A stretch of DNA of 40,000 nucleotides from an uncultured Roseibium sp. Lineage in GTDB: Bacteria; Pseudomonadota; Alphaproteobacteria; Rhizobiales; Stappiaceae. The notes under the pieces are model-generated. The model saw only the letters and a list, made by a program, of their open reading frames with translations, was not told the DNA's origin and did not search any database. Each line of letters opens with the position of its first letter. Position 1 is the first letter of the stretch. Below, in pieces: positions 17,265 to 25,677 of the stretch. The translations under genes and the position numbers were made by a program. Location of the stretch: the NCBI RefSeq assembly GCF_963675095.2, contig NZ_CAXXSJ010000060.1, forward strand, positions 6,903 to 46,902, written 5' to 3'.

Positions 17265-18008
17265 TCACTTGAAAACGAAACCGTTGTTGACCGGCATCAC
17301 CTGGCCGGTCAGGGTCAGGGCGCCCTCGCTGACGAGGAAGGCGATCACGTCGGTGATCTCGGAAGCCGCCTGGGGACCGGGAACCGCCCTGCCCTCGGCA
17401 TAGAGCCGATGCCGGGCTTCCGGCACATAGTCAGTCGATTCCGTGGTCAGGATGCCCGGTGCGACGGCGGTGACGCCGATCCGCTCCGGACCGAGTTCGC
17501 GTGCCAGCGAACGGGTCATGGACATGACCGCGCCTTTGCTTGCCACGTAGGACAACAACCGGGGGGCCCCCCAGAGCGCGGTGTCCGATGCCACATTGAC
17601 GATGCGGCCCGAGCCGGACGCCGCCAGCATCGGCCGGCAGGCACGGGTCATCAGCCAGGTGCCGCGCACGTTGACGCGCATGACCCGGTCCCAGCTGTCG
17701 ATCTCGATCTCGTCGAAGGGAATGCCACCGATGCCGGTCGCGATCGCGCCGTTATTGACCAGACCATGGAGCTTGCCGCCCGTCTCAGACGCGATGGCCT
17801 CGCCAAGTGCCTGAATGGAGTCCGGTTCGCCGAGATCGACCGGGAAAAAGCGAACCGCCTCGCCAAGTTCGTTCGCCACGGCACGGCCTTCCTCCTCGGC
17901 GATATCCGCCAGGATCAGCCGCGCGCCATGGCCGGCGAGACACCGGGCGATTTCACGCCCGAGGCCACGCGCCGCACCGGTGACGAGTATGGTCCGCTCT
18001 TTCAGCAT
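17265..18008 (-). CDS. SDR-family dehydrogenase (classical; candidate cis-dihydrodiol dehydrogenase)
   Basis: TGAARGLG, NNGA and YVASK catalytic motifs. 1-nt overlap with the Rieske gene upstream. Confidence 0.8.
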   Translation of the reverse strand: MLKERTILVTGAARGLGREIARCLAGHGARLILADIAEEEGRAVANELGEAVRFFPVDLGEPDSIQALGEAIASETGGKLHGLVNNGAIATGIGGIPFDEIEIDSWDRVMRVNVRGTWLMTRACRPMLAASGSGRIVNVASDTALWGAPRLLSYVASKGAVMSMTRSLARELGPERIGVTAVAPGILTTESTDYVPEARHRLYAEGRAVPGPQAASEITDVIAFLVSEGALTLTGQVMPVNNGFVFK

Positions 18009-19051
18009 TATTCGGCCGCCTCACTGGCGGTCAGTTCGGCCTCGATCTGGCTCTTGGCCGCACGGGTCAGCATCTGGCGGATACGGGAAACGCCGAGGTC
18101 GTGCTGATAGAGCATCTCGCGCTTGCGGGCGTCATCCGGCATGCCTTCCAGCATGACCCGGTCCTGTTCGAGCACGTGCCAGTGGTTTGCCTCGAGCTTT
18201 GCGCGATAGAGGAAGCGCCAGCTTTCGCGCGCCAATCCGCTGACCTTGCGCAGACGCCAGAAGAACACCTTGCAGGTGGTGGCATCGATCGGCGCAACGA
18301 AGCCGACAATGCGCATGTTGCCGCCCGGCCCGGCGGCCTTCGGATAGGGAATATCCAGGAAGCAGAACATGGTGCCCGGATGAACCTCGAACTCGCTCCA
18401 GTCGAAGTTCTCGCCGGACTGCTCGACCCGGCTGACGCGGAAGCCGTCATCGGTCTTGTCGAGCTTCATCAGGTCCTGCTTGGCGCCATAAGCGAGCGTG
18501 AAGCTTTCCGAATGCAGGTAGCAGCCGTGCATGGGATCGGCGAGGTTGTCGAGGGCGTAGCGGTAGTTGGTGCCCCAGACGGAGGTACACAGGAAACCGG
18601 TCCACTCGTCGCTGGTGAACTCATGCGGCAGGGCCAGTTCCGGCGGCTCCGGCTGCTCGACGCTCGGCATGTAGACGAAGACAGCGTCGTGGGTTTCGGT
18701 GGTGTGGAAGGAATTCAGCGCCTTGCGGCCTTCGAGGGCGCATTCCGGCATGGCTGGCACCCGCTTGACCACGCCTTCCCCGTCGACGATGACGCCGTGG
18801 TAGCGGCAGCCGATATCGCCGTCATGGATCTCGCCGTAGGAAAGCGGCGCGCCACGGTGCGGGCAGAAATCCTCGATGCACTGGATCTTGCCTTCCTTGT
18901 CGCGCCACAAGACCAGTTTCTGGCCGAGCAGCTTGGCGCCGTAAGGCCGGGAATCCTTGACTTCAACGGATTTGGCGACCGGGTACCACTGTCCCAGGAG
19001 CCCCTGGTTGACGCGTTCCTCGATCAGCGCTTTCTTATCGATATCGGCCAT
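18008..19051 (-). CDS. Rieske [2Fe-2S] non-haem iron oxygenase, alpha-subunit-only type (VanA/PobA/phthalate-family-like)
   Basis: Rieske motif CPHRGAPLSYGEIHDGDIGCRYHG and mononuclear iron motif DNLADPMHGCYLH. I start it at MADIDKK (19051), which has AAGGAG upstream; the 12-aa extension to 19087 is rejected. Confidence 0.85.
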   Translation of the reverse strand: MADIDKKALIEERVNQGLLGQWYPVAKSVEVKDSRPYGAKLLGQKLVLWRDKEGKIQCIEDFCPHRGAPLSYGEIHDGDIGCRYHGVIVDGEGVVKRVPAMPECALEGRKALNSFHTTETHDAVFVYMPSVEQPEPPELALPHEFTSDEWTGFLCTSVWGTNYRYALDNLADPMHGCYLHSESFTLAYGAKQDLMKLDKTDDGFRVSRVEQSGENFDWSEFEVHPGTMFCFLDIPYPKAAGPGGNMRIVGFVAPIDATTCKVFFWRLRKVSGLARESWRFLYRAKLEANHWHVLEQDRVMLEGMPDDARKREMLYQHDLGVSRIRQMLTRAAKSQIEAELTASEAAE

Positions 19052-19212
19052 GTCTCTCCACTCCTTAGTCCAAGACCGGCGGTCCAAGTTCCCGCCCCGG
19101 CTCTCACCTGTGCTTCGGTGTCTTTTTCTCGCAGTTGTCCCTGCCCGGCCGGTGTTGCCGGGGTGGTCAGTTCTGCATGTCCCTCTGGCCGGATCGGCCG
19201 TTGCCGGTCCGT

Positions 19213-20061
19213 TTAGCTCTGCGCTTTCGGCAGGTAATGGAGCACGCGCTCCTCGACCCGCGCGATCGCGGTGTAAAGAATGATCCCGATGACCGTGAGC
19301 AGCACGATGGCGTTGAACACCATGGCCGCATTCGCCTGGCCGCCGCCGTAGGAAATCAGGAAGCCGAGCCCGACGTTGCCGCCGACCAGTTCACCGACGG
19401 TGACACCAATCACGGCGAGGGTCGACGCAATGCGCAGACCGGCAAGCAGGTTCGGCATGGTGGACGGCATCTCCACCTTGAAGAAGACGCCCAGGCGGGA
19501 CAGGTTGTAAGCGCGCGCCAGATTGACCAGGTCGCGGTCGACCGTCTTCATCGCCTGCAGCACGTTGACCAGCACCGGAAAGAACACGATCAGGACGGTC
19601 ACCAGCAGCTTGGGCATGGCGTTGTAGCCGAACCACATGATGAACAGCGGCGCGAAGGCCACCTTGGGCGCGATCTGCAGCGCCAGGATATAAGGCGACA
19701 GCACCTTCTCCCAGAAGCTCGACATGCCCAGAACGTAGCCGATCACCGCGCCGAGCAGGCTGCCCAGGGCGAACCCCAGCACAGTGTAGACCGCGGTGGA
19801 GATCGTGTTGCCGAGCAGGTTTTCCTGCTGCCACATGCGGACCATTTCCACCGCGCAGTCGGACACGGTCGGAATGATATACTTCGGCACGCCGAGCGCG
19901 GGCGGCAGGAACTCCCAGCACAGGAGCAACACGGCCAGGACCGCAAGGCTCATAAACAGGGTGCTTTTCGACGAAGTCATCGGTTTCTTCCGTCTCTTCT
20001 GGTCCTCACGGGTCGCGGCGGCAGGCGCCGCGACCCCTATTGAAGGACTAGCGTCCGTCAT
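19213..20061 (-). CDS. ABC transporter permease, NitT/TauT family
   Basis: Homologous in pattern to the 1504-2277 permease. ATGA overlap with the SBP stop at 20058-20061. An alternative start at 19980 (MTSSKS) is possible. Confidence 0.8.
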   Translation of the reverse strand: MTDASPSIGVAAPAAATREDQKRRKKPMTSSKSTLFMSLAVLAVLLLCWEFLPPALGVPKYIIPTVSDCAVEMVRMWQQENLLGNTISTAVYTVLGFALGSLLGAVIGYVLGMSSFWEKVLSPYILALQIAPKVAFAPLFIMWFGYNAMPKLLVTVLIVFFPVLVNVLQAMKTVDRDLVNLARAYNLSRLGVFFKVEMPSTMPNLLAGLRIASTLAVIGVTVGELVGGNVGLGFLISYGGGQANAAMVFNAIVLLTVIGIILYTAIARVEERVLHYLPKAQS

Positions 20062-21032
20062 TGCGGGACGAATTCGTTGGTATAGAGATCTTCCACCGGA
20101 ACGGCCGTCTTGACGATACCGTTGTCGATATAGAACTTCTGCACCTTGGCCATACGCTCCGGATCGAAGGCGCCGAGCGGCTGACCTTCGCCGGCCGGGT
20201 AGACCTTCTCCACATAGGCGCGCATCACGGCTTCGATCGCCTTTTCCTTGCCGGTGTGCTGCGGCACGAAGGAGACGTATTCTTTCGCAGCCGTGGCCGG
20301 ATCGGCCTGGATGTCCTTGAGGGCGCGGATCACGCCGGCAACGATGCCTTTCACGACTTCCGGACGCTCGGCAATGGTCTTGTCGGAGGCCAGGATCGCC
20401 TGGGCCATGGCCGGGAACATGGTGTCCACGGGAACCTGTTCCATCGGAACGCCAGCAGCTTCAATGGCCGCAATCCACTCAGGAACACCGGACATGCCCT
20501 GCAGAGTGCCGGCAATGGTGAGCTGGATGATGCCGCCCGGGCCGACGCCCTGAATGTTGACGTCATTCTTGCCCAGGCCGACGGAGGCCATGGCGCCGAG
20601 CAGGTTGTAGTAGGTCGTGTCCTGGAAGCCGAGCACGCCGATGGCCTTGCCCTTGAAGTCAGCCGGTCCGGTGATGCCGGAATCCTTGCGCCAGGCAAGC
20701 TGGGTCAGACCACGGCCGCCCAGGAGGGCTACGCCGCGAATGTCCAGGCCGTTGGCGCGCACGATGATCGGCGTGTCGCCGATACCGCCGCCGAGGTCGG
20801 CGTTACCGACGGCAACCTGAGTGGCGACATCCGCGCCGCCCTTGCCGACCATGAAGGTGACATCCAGACCCGCATCGGCGAAATAGCCCTTGTGCTTGGC
20901 AAGCTGGAACGGGGCGAAGGCCGGCAGAAAGTCCGGTGCCGGGAAAAGGTAGCTCACCTTTTCGGCCGCCTGAGCGGCACCTGCGGAAACCGCCATCACG
21001 GCGGCCATCATGCTAATTGCGAAACGCTTCAT
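20058..21032 (-). CDS. ABC transporter periplasmic substrate-binding protein (NMT1/THI5-like), Sec signal
   Basis: Signal peptide MKRFAISMMAAVMAVSAGAAQA. Size and context are as expected for a NitT/TauT SBP. Confidence 0.8.
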   Translation of the reverse strand: MKRFAISMMAAVMAVSAGAAQAAEKVSYLFPAPDFLPAFAPFQLAKHKGYFADAGLDVTFMVGKGGADVATQVAVGNADLGGGIGDTPIIVRANGLDIRGVALLGGRGLTQLAWRKDSGITGPADFKGKAIGVLGFQDTTYYNLLGAMASVGLGKNDVNIQGVGPGGIIQLTIAGTLQGMSGVPEWIAAIEAAGVPMEQVPVDTMFPAMAQAILASDKTIAERPEVVKGIVAGVIRALKDIQADPATAAKEYVSFVPQHTGKEKAIEAVMRAYVEKVYPAGEGQPLGAFDPERMAKVQKFYIDNGIVKTAVPVEDLYTNEFVPQ

Positions 21033-21065
21033 TACAGAGATCCCCTGCTGGATTTCAAAAATGAT

Positions 21066-21836
21066 CTAGATAGTCTTTTCTTCTAGTTTGAGCAGCTCGA
21101 AGAGCTGCGCGGCGTAGTTATTGACTTCCGGCAACTTGCGCCGCTGCAGTGGCCGTTCACGGTGTGGCAGATCGACCTTGATTTCCGCGATCACGCGTCC
21201 GGGACGCTCCGACAGGACCAGGATCCGGTCGGACATCAGGACGGCCTCGGCAAGGTCGTGGGTAATCAGAAGGGTGGTCTTCCGGCTTTCCGAAATCGTC
21301 TCCGCGAAGCTGTTCTGCAGCAGCATCTTGGTCTGCGCATCGAGAGCGGAAAACGGTTCGTCGAGCAGAATGATCTCGGGATCGATGGCAAGGGTGCGGG
21401 CCAGGGCCGCGCGCTGCCGCATCCCGCCGGACAACTGGTAGGGATAATGCCCTTCAAAGCCGTCCAGGTGGCAGTGCTTGAGTTCCTTCATGGCGATGGC
21501 ACGACGCTCGTCGCGCGCTACCCCACGGGACTCCAGGCCGAATTCGATGTTGTGCACGATGCTGCGCCAGGGAAGGAGCAGATCCTTCTGCAGCATGAAA
21601 CCGACATGCTGGTTCGGACCGGTCACCTTCTCGCCACTGACCAGGACATCGCCGACGGTCGGCTGATACAATCCGGCGGTCATGCTCAAGATGGTGCTCT
21701 TGCCGCAACCGGACGGACCGACGACAGAAACGAATTCACCCTCATCGACGCGGAAGCTGACGCTGTCGACAGCGGTCATCATGCCGCCGGTGCGGGACTC
21801 GAATTCCTTGCTGACGCCGCGAAATTCAAGCGCCAT
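21066..21836 (-). CDS. ABC transporter ATP-binding protein, NitT/TauT family
   Basis: Walker A GPSGCGKSTIL, signature LSGGMRQRAALA, Walker B ILLDEPFSALD. Confidence 0.9.
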   Translation of the reverse strand: MALEFRGVSKEFESRTGGMMTAVDSVSFRVDEGEFVSVVGPSGCGKSTILSMTAGLYQPTVGDVLVSGEKVTGPNQHVGFMLQKDLLLPWRSIVHNIEFGLESRGVARDERRAIAMKELKHCHLDGFEGHYPYQLSGGMRQRAALARTLAIDPEIILLDEPFSALDAQTKMLLQNSFAETISESRKTTLLITHDLAEAVLMSDRILVLSERPGRVIAEIKVDLPHRERPLQRRKLPEVNNYAAQLFELLKLEEKTI

Positions 21837-22128
21837 AACCGTTTTCCAGGTAAGCGCTGTCGAACTCCGCGTTGATGGCGGTGAGCTCTTCGGACAGAAG
21901 CGCCTCGGTCCAGTCGGTCTTGCCGGAGATCGGCGCGACGACCTTGCGGTCCGTCAGAGCAGTGGCAACAGCGGCGTAATCGGCGGCGCCAGCACCATAG
22001 ATTTCCATCAGCGCCTCGGCGAGTTTTTCCTCAACCTCGGTCAATTCCCGTCCCCGGGACTGGTGGGCTAGCGCCGGACGGCTGGTGTCGAACGCTTTTT
22101 GCGATAGGCGGTCTTTGAACAGATCCAT
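21826..22128 (-). CDS. Small hypothetical protein (100 aa), first gene of the supra-operon
   Basis: GAGGG RBS 4-5 nt upstream of the ATG. Balanced, acidic composition. 11-nt overlap with the ATPase gene. I recognised no family. Confidence 0.55.
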   Translation of the reverse strand: MDLFKDRLSQKAFDTSRPALAHQSRGRELTEVEEKLAEALMEIYGAGAADYAAVATALTDRKVVAPISGKTDWTEALLSEELTAINAEFDSAYLENGYGA

Positions 22129-22143
22129 GTGACCCTCTGATTT

Positions 22144-22170
22144 TGTTCAATTTTGAACACATTGATCAAT
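22144..22170. promoter_or_regulatory. Two adjacent perfect palindromes in the supra-operon leader: TGTTCAATTTTGAACA (22144-22159) and ATTGATCAAT (22161-22170)
   Basis: Both were read directly and checked as self-complementary. They lie 16-42 nt upstream of the first ATG (22128) in a locally AT-rich stretch. Confidence 0.5.
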
Positions 22171-22518
22171 TATGATGATTGCGCGGATGAAGGGGTCGAG
22201 TCAATGAAAAATTCACAAAGCCGGTTCGGAAGGTGCGCGGGAGGGAAATGCCGGTCGGGAAATGCTTGCTCCTGCTGGCCGGAAAACAATCTGCATTACA
22301 ATGAATAAAGCGGACACGATGGTCAGAGTTCCGCCTTGGTGGTCGTTAAGTCGGACCGGGTGATTTGGCACGGAAATCGGATGGCGCAGCGTTCCCGCGC
22401 CGGGGCAAAATCGTTCCCATAAAAGAAAACAGTCAAATGGCGGCAGATATGATTGGCCACTCCCGGGGATTCACGACATCCCCCGACAGAACAACAAACC
22501 TGCATCCGGGTGCGTGCC

Positions 22519-24717
22519 CTAGACTTTCCCCTTCCACCGGGCGATCAGGCTGGGCAACAGCAACAGGTCACCGAGGAGGGCTGTCAGGAGGGTTGCGATG
22601 AGCATGCCGCCAAAGAGCCTGATGGTGTGGAATTCGCTGAACAGCGTGACGAGCAATCCGCAACTGATCAGCACGGTCGTGATGATCATCGCCTGTCCGG
22701 TCTCGCTCATGGCCGCAGCAAGCGCACCGCGGGTGTCCGGCCACCGCCCCCTTTCCAGCGTGTAGCGGTTGATGAAATGAATGGAGTCGTCGACAGCGAT
22801 GCCGAAGGCGATGGTCAGCGACAGCAAGGCTGCGGGTGTCAGCTCGCTGGCGTTCAGAACATGCAGGGCGGCAACGGCGACCGCGATGGGAAGCAGATTG
22901 GGCAGAAGCAGCAGAACGATGAAGGACGGCGCGCGATAATAACCGGCAATCAGCAATACCGTGATCAGGCACGCGCCGCCGAGACCAAGCGAATTGCGCC
23001 GAACAAGCTCCAAGGTGTCATATCGCATAATCATCGGCTGACCGAAGATGTGCGCGGACGAGCCGGCCCGAACTGCCTCAACCAGCCGGTCCTGCGCCTC
23101 AAGGGTATCCTTGTCGAACATGGGTTCGGGCATCAGGGCGACGACACGCGCGCGTTTTCCGTCGCCGGTCAGAAACAGCGCCTTGGCATCCGACGGCCAG
23201 TTCGCGATTTCCTCAGGCGACGGCATCCGGTCGGTCCGCCCCAGCCACCGCCCCAGCGAAACCAGCGACAGCACCGTGTTGCCCGGCGCTTCCTTTTCGA
23301 TCAGATCGTTCAACTGCACAAGGCGTTCCCAGTCGGAAGACGCGGCAAAGCCCTCACCGGTTTCATCTTCCGCATCGAGCTCGAACCAGAGCTGGTAGAA
23401 ACCGCCGAATTCCTTGGTGATGACATCGTTGGCGTAAATCAAGGCACTATCGGCCGGCAGGTTGTCGTCCATCTTGAACCAGGGCTTGATGGTAACCACC
23501 CCGGCAAGGGCGACCGCAGCAAGGACAAGGCTACCGGCACGGATCGTTCCGGCATTATCCAGCATCCAGGACACCCGGTCCTTTGAGAGTGCGAACAGGA
23601 CCCGGCGCCGGGCACCTGATTTTTTGGGCCACAGAACAGGCGCGAGCAGGCAGAAAACGGCGATGACCACCGCATAGCTCACCAGAACGGAAACCGCTCC
23701 CGCCACGGCCATCTCGCGTGTCTGTACATTCTCGCTGATCATGATCGTCAAAAAGGCGATCGACGTGGTCACGCCCGTCAGCGCACAGGCGGGGCCAACC
23801 GTCACGAGCGCCTTGCGGGCACGTGCGCGCGCCGTGTCGCTGTTGCCGTTGGCGCGCATGTTCAGGATAAGGTGCACAGTGTCCGCCACCCCTAGCACCA
23901 TCACCAGCAAGGGGATCGCGTTATTCAGCACCGTGATCTTCAGTCCAAGCGCGACAAAGACCACCAGCGACGTATAGGCGGCGGCAATGGATGGCACCGC
24001 CGCCAGGAAGACGAGACGCAGATTACCGAAAACGATGAAGGAAACCGCAAGGACGACCGCCACCCCCGCGACATTGAAGATCCACAAATCCTGGCGCAGC
24101 GCCCGGACCATTTCCGGGCCTACGGTTTCCTCACCGGTAAAGGTGACGCGGAACCGATCACCGGCTGTCTCCGCCGTTATCTGTTTCAGTTCGGTCAGCA
24201 GATCAGCGGAAACGCCTTTGCCGGTCTCGATCAGGAACAGCGCCGATGTCCTGTCGGCGGAGACGGGCAGCTTCGGCTGAAGCTTCAGCGCGTCATAGGC
24301 GGCAAGCTGTGCCTCGACCGTTTCCACATCCAGCTCCAACGGCAGCACCGGTTCTTCCGGATGGTCCGGATGCCAAGGGGGAAACCGGGCCGATGCAAGG
24401 GAAAAGACCGCATCGACCCCGCCCGCCAGGGAATAGCCGAACTGCAGGTCGCGCAGAAGCTCATAGCCTGCCGCGTCCATCGGTTCAGGCGACTGAACCA
24501 GTGCCAGGAGCGGAGACGCCGATCCGCCGTTGGTGTCGGCGAAATCGAAATAGGCCTTCGCATGACCGCTGGAGGAAGCAAAGCTCGCGGTGATATCGTT
24601 CTCAAACCGGATATTGAGGACGGGGAAGACGGAAAGTCCCGCCAGAATCATCAGCACAATCGAAACAATGACGGGCCGCGACAGCGCCGCGTGGCCGGGC
24701 CACAACAGAAAATACAA
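22519..24717 (-). CDS. RND-superfamily exporter (MMPL/SSD, COG1033 HpnN-like)
   Basis: 732 aa with two 6-TM bundles and two large loops. It carries duplicated MMPL-type motifs (GVADTVHLILN and GIAVDDSIHFINRY). TTG start preceded by GGAGAGGAGG. Confidence 0.8.
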   Translation of the reverse strand: MYFLLWPGHAALSRPVIVSIVLMILAGLSVFPVLNIRFENDITASFASSSGHAKAYFDFADTNGGSASPLLALVQSPEPMDAAGYELLRDLQFGYSLAGGVDAVFSLASARFPPWHPDHPEEPVLPLELDVETVEAQLAAYDALKLQPKLPVSADRTSALFLIETGKGVSADLLTELKQITAETAGDRFRVTFTGEETVGPEMVRALRQDLWIFNVAGVAVVLAVSFIVFGNLRLVFLAAVPSIAAAYTSLVVFVALGLKITVLNNAIPLLVMVLGVADTVHLILNMRANGNSDTARARARKALVTVGPACALTGVTTSIAFLTIMISENVQTREMAVAGAVSVLVSYAVVIAVFCLLAPVLWPKKSGARRRVLFALSKDRVSWMLDNAGTIRAGSLVLAAVALAGVVTIKPWFKMDDNLPADSALIYANDVITKEFGGFYQLWFELDAEDETGEGFAASSDWERLVQLNDLIEKEAPGNTVLSLVSLGRWLGRTDRMPSPEEIANWPSDAKALFLTGDGKRARVVALMPEPMFDKDTLEAQDRLVEAVRAGSSAHIFGQPMIMRYDTLELVRRNSLGLGGACLITVLLIAGYYRAPSFIVLLLLPNLLPIAVAVAALHVLNASELTPAALLSLTIAFGIAVDDSIHFINRYTLERGRWPDTRGALAAAMSETGQAMIITTVLISCGLLVTLFSEFHTIRLFGGMLIATLLTALLGDLLLLPSLIARWKGKV

Positions 24718-24963
24718 TCCGCCTCCTCTCCCGGCTGCCCGCCGGTACGCGCGGAAAGGGTCGTGATGACGATCGCTTTCCTATCCCCACGCCAGAATAT
24801 CCGATGCAAGACCAAAAGCCATTCGGGACCCGGCTTCGCCGCGGCCCGGTCTTTTCAGTATCGGCGAACCTCTGCTAGCATTCGCATCCGGACCCGGTAA
24901 ACTGGCTTGCGGGAACAAAATCCCGGATATATTCGTCCGGAGAGGCACTTGGGGACGCGCAAC

Positions 24964-25476
24964 GTGACCAGAAAATCCTACTTCGCGGCTCCGGCCCTTG
25001 CCTTTGCAATTGCCTGCGGACCGGCTGCAGCCGATGATTTCCTGTCCAAAGCGGAAGGAACCTGGCGGGGCAAGGGATGGGCGAAGCAGAGCCTGGACGC
25101 GCCGAAGGAAGCCGTCTTGTGCCGCATTACGAACACCGTGGACGCCGGTAGCAACCGGCTGAAAACCTCGGGACGCTGCGCGGTCGCCAGCCAGACATTT
25201 ACCGTGGAAGGACAGATTACCCTGGCGCCCGGGAGCGGCCGAATTACCGGTACCTGGCACATCCCGCAAGGCTCCGGTAACGCCGCCATTTCCGGCCAAA
25301 GACAGGGAAACCGCATTGTTTTCACTTTTCAGGCGCCCGAAAAAAGCACGAAACAGGACCTGTTGCACAAGAGCCTGTGGACACTCGGTGCATCTGCGCT
25401 GACGATTACCGCCAGCGTCAGACGACCGAATGATGGAAAGTACATCTCCTTGAGTTCCTTGAATTTTTCAAAATAG
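24964..25476 (+). CDS. Small secreted beta-rich protein, unknown function
   Basis: Signal peptide RKSYFAAPALAFAIACGPAAA with a GTG start at 24964; the ORF-track start at 24907 is also possible. The mature part begins FLSKAEGTWRGKGW, which weakly recalls lipocalin/nitrobindin-like barrels. The last ~12 codons lie in a low-GC tract. Confidence 0.5.
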   Translation: MTRKSYFAAPALAFAIACGPAAADDFLSKAEGTWRGKGWAKQSLDAPKEAVLCRITNTVDAGSNRLKTSGRCAVASQTFTVEGQITLAPGSGRITGTWHIPQGSGNAAISGQRQGNRIVFTFQAPEKSTKQDLLHKSLWTLGASALTITASVRRPNDGKYISLSSLNFSK

Positions 25477-25597
25477 ACATCGAACTTAAAACCATCCATC
25501 AGACTTATATGAAAATCGTCCCACCTTGTGCGGCAGAATAGTTCGATATCGGACAAATATTTTCTGCCACCGCCGACGTAAAGGACAACCAGTTTTT
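25440..25597 (-). pseudogene. Low-GC gene relic (fragment of a foreign ORF)
   Basis: The minus-strand frame reads KLVVLYVGGGRKYLSDIELFCRTRWDDFHISLMDGFKFDVYFEKFKELKEMY. It has no ATG and begins just after a stop codon. Downstream it runs antisense into the 24964-25476 gene. Hand-counted GC for 25441-25560 is 44/120. Confidence 0.4.
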
Positions 25598-25677
25598 ACT
25601 GGACTACACAGTATGTCTTTGCCCTAATAGTATTTGATTTTATCGGTCATTTTCAGGTGTTGGGCGGGCAGCGACAC

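Noticed and set aside
22323-22601. Small ORFs (60 aa minus, 78 aa plus) in the 390-bp gap between the RND exporter and the supra-operon
   Set aside because: They have no RBS and odd, Cys/Arg-rich composition, and they overlap each other and the exporter's 3' end. The region is better read as terminator plus promoter space. I could not recognise a riboswitch or sRNA fold there either.
22453-23586. 377-aa plus-strand ORF
   Set aside because: It is antisense to the RND/MMPL exporter. The translation is Arg/Gln/Gly-rich with no TM segments or motifs.
24826-24856. Imperfect hairpin followed by TTTT in the exporter/secreted-protein divergent region
   Set aside because: The stem has a central mismatch, and no plus-strand gene lies upstream for it to terminate. 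It is probably incidental.
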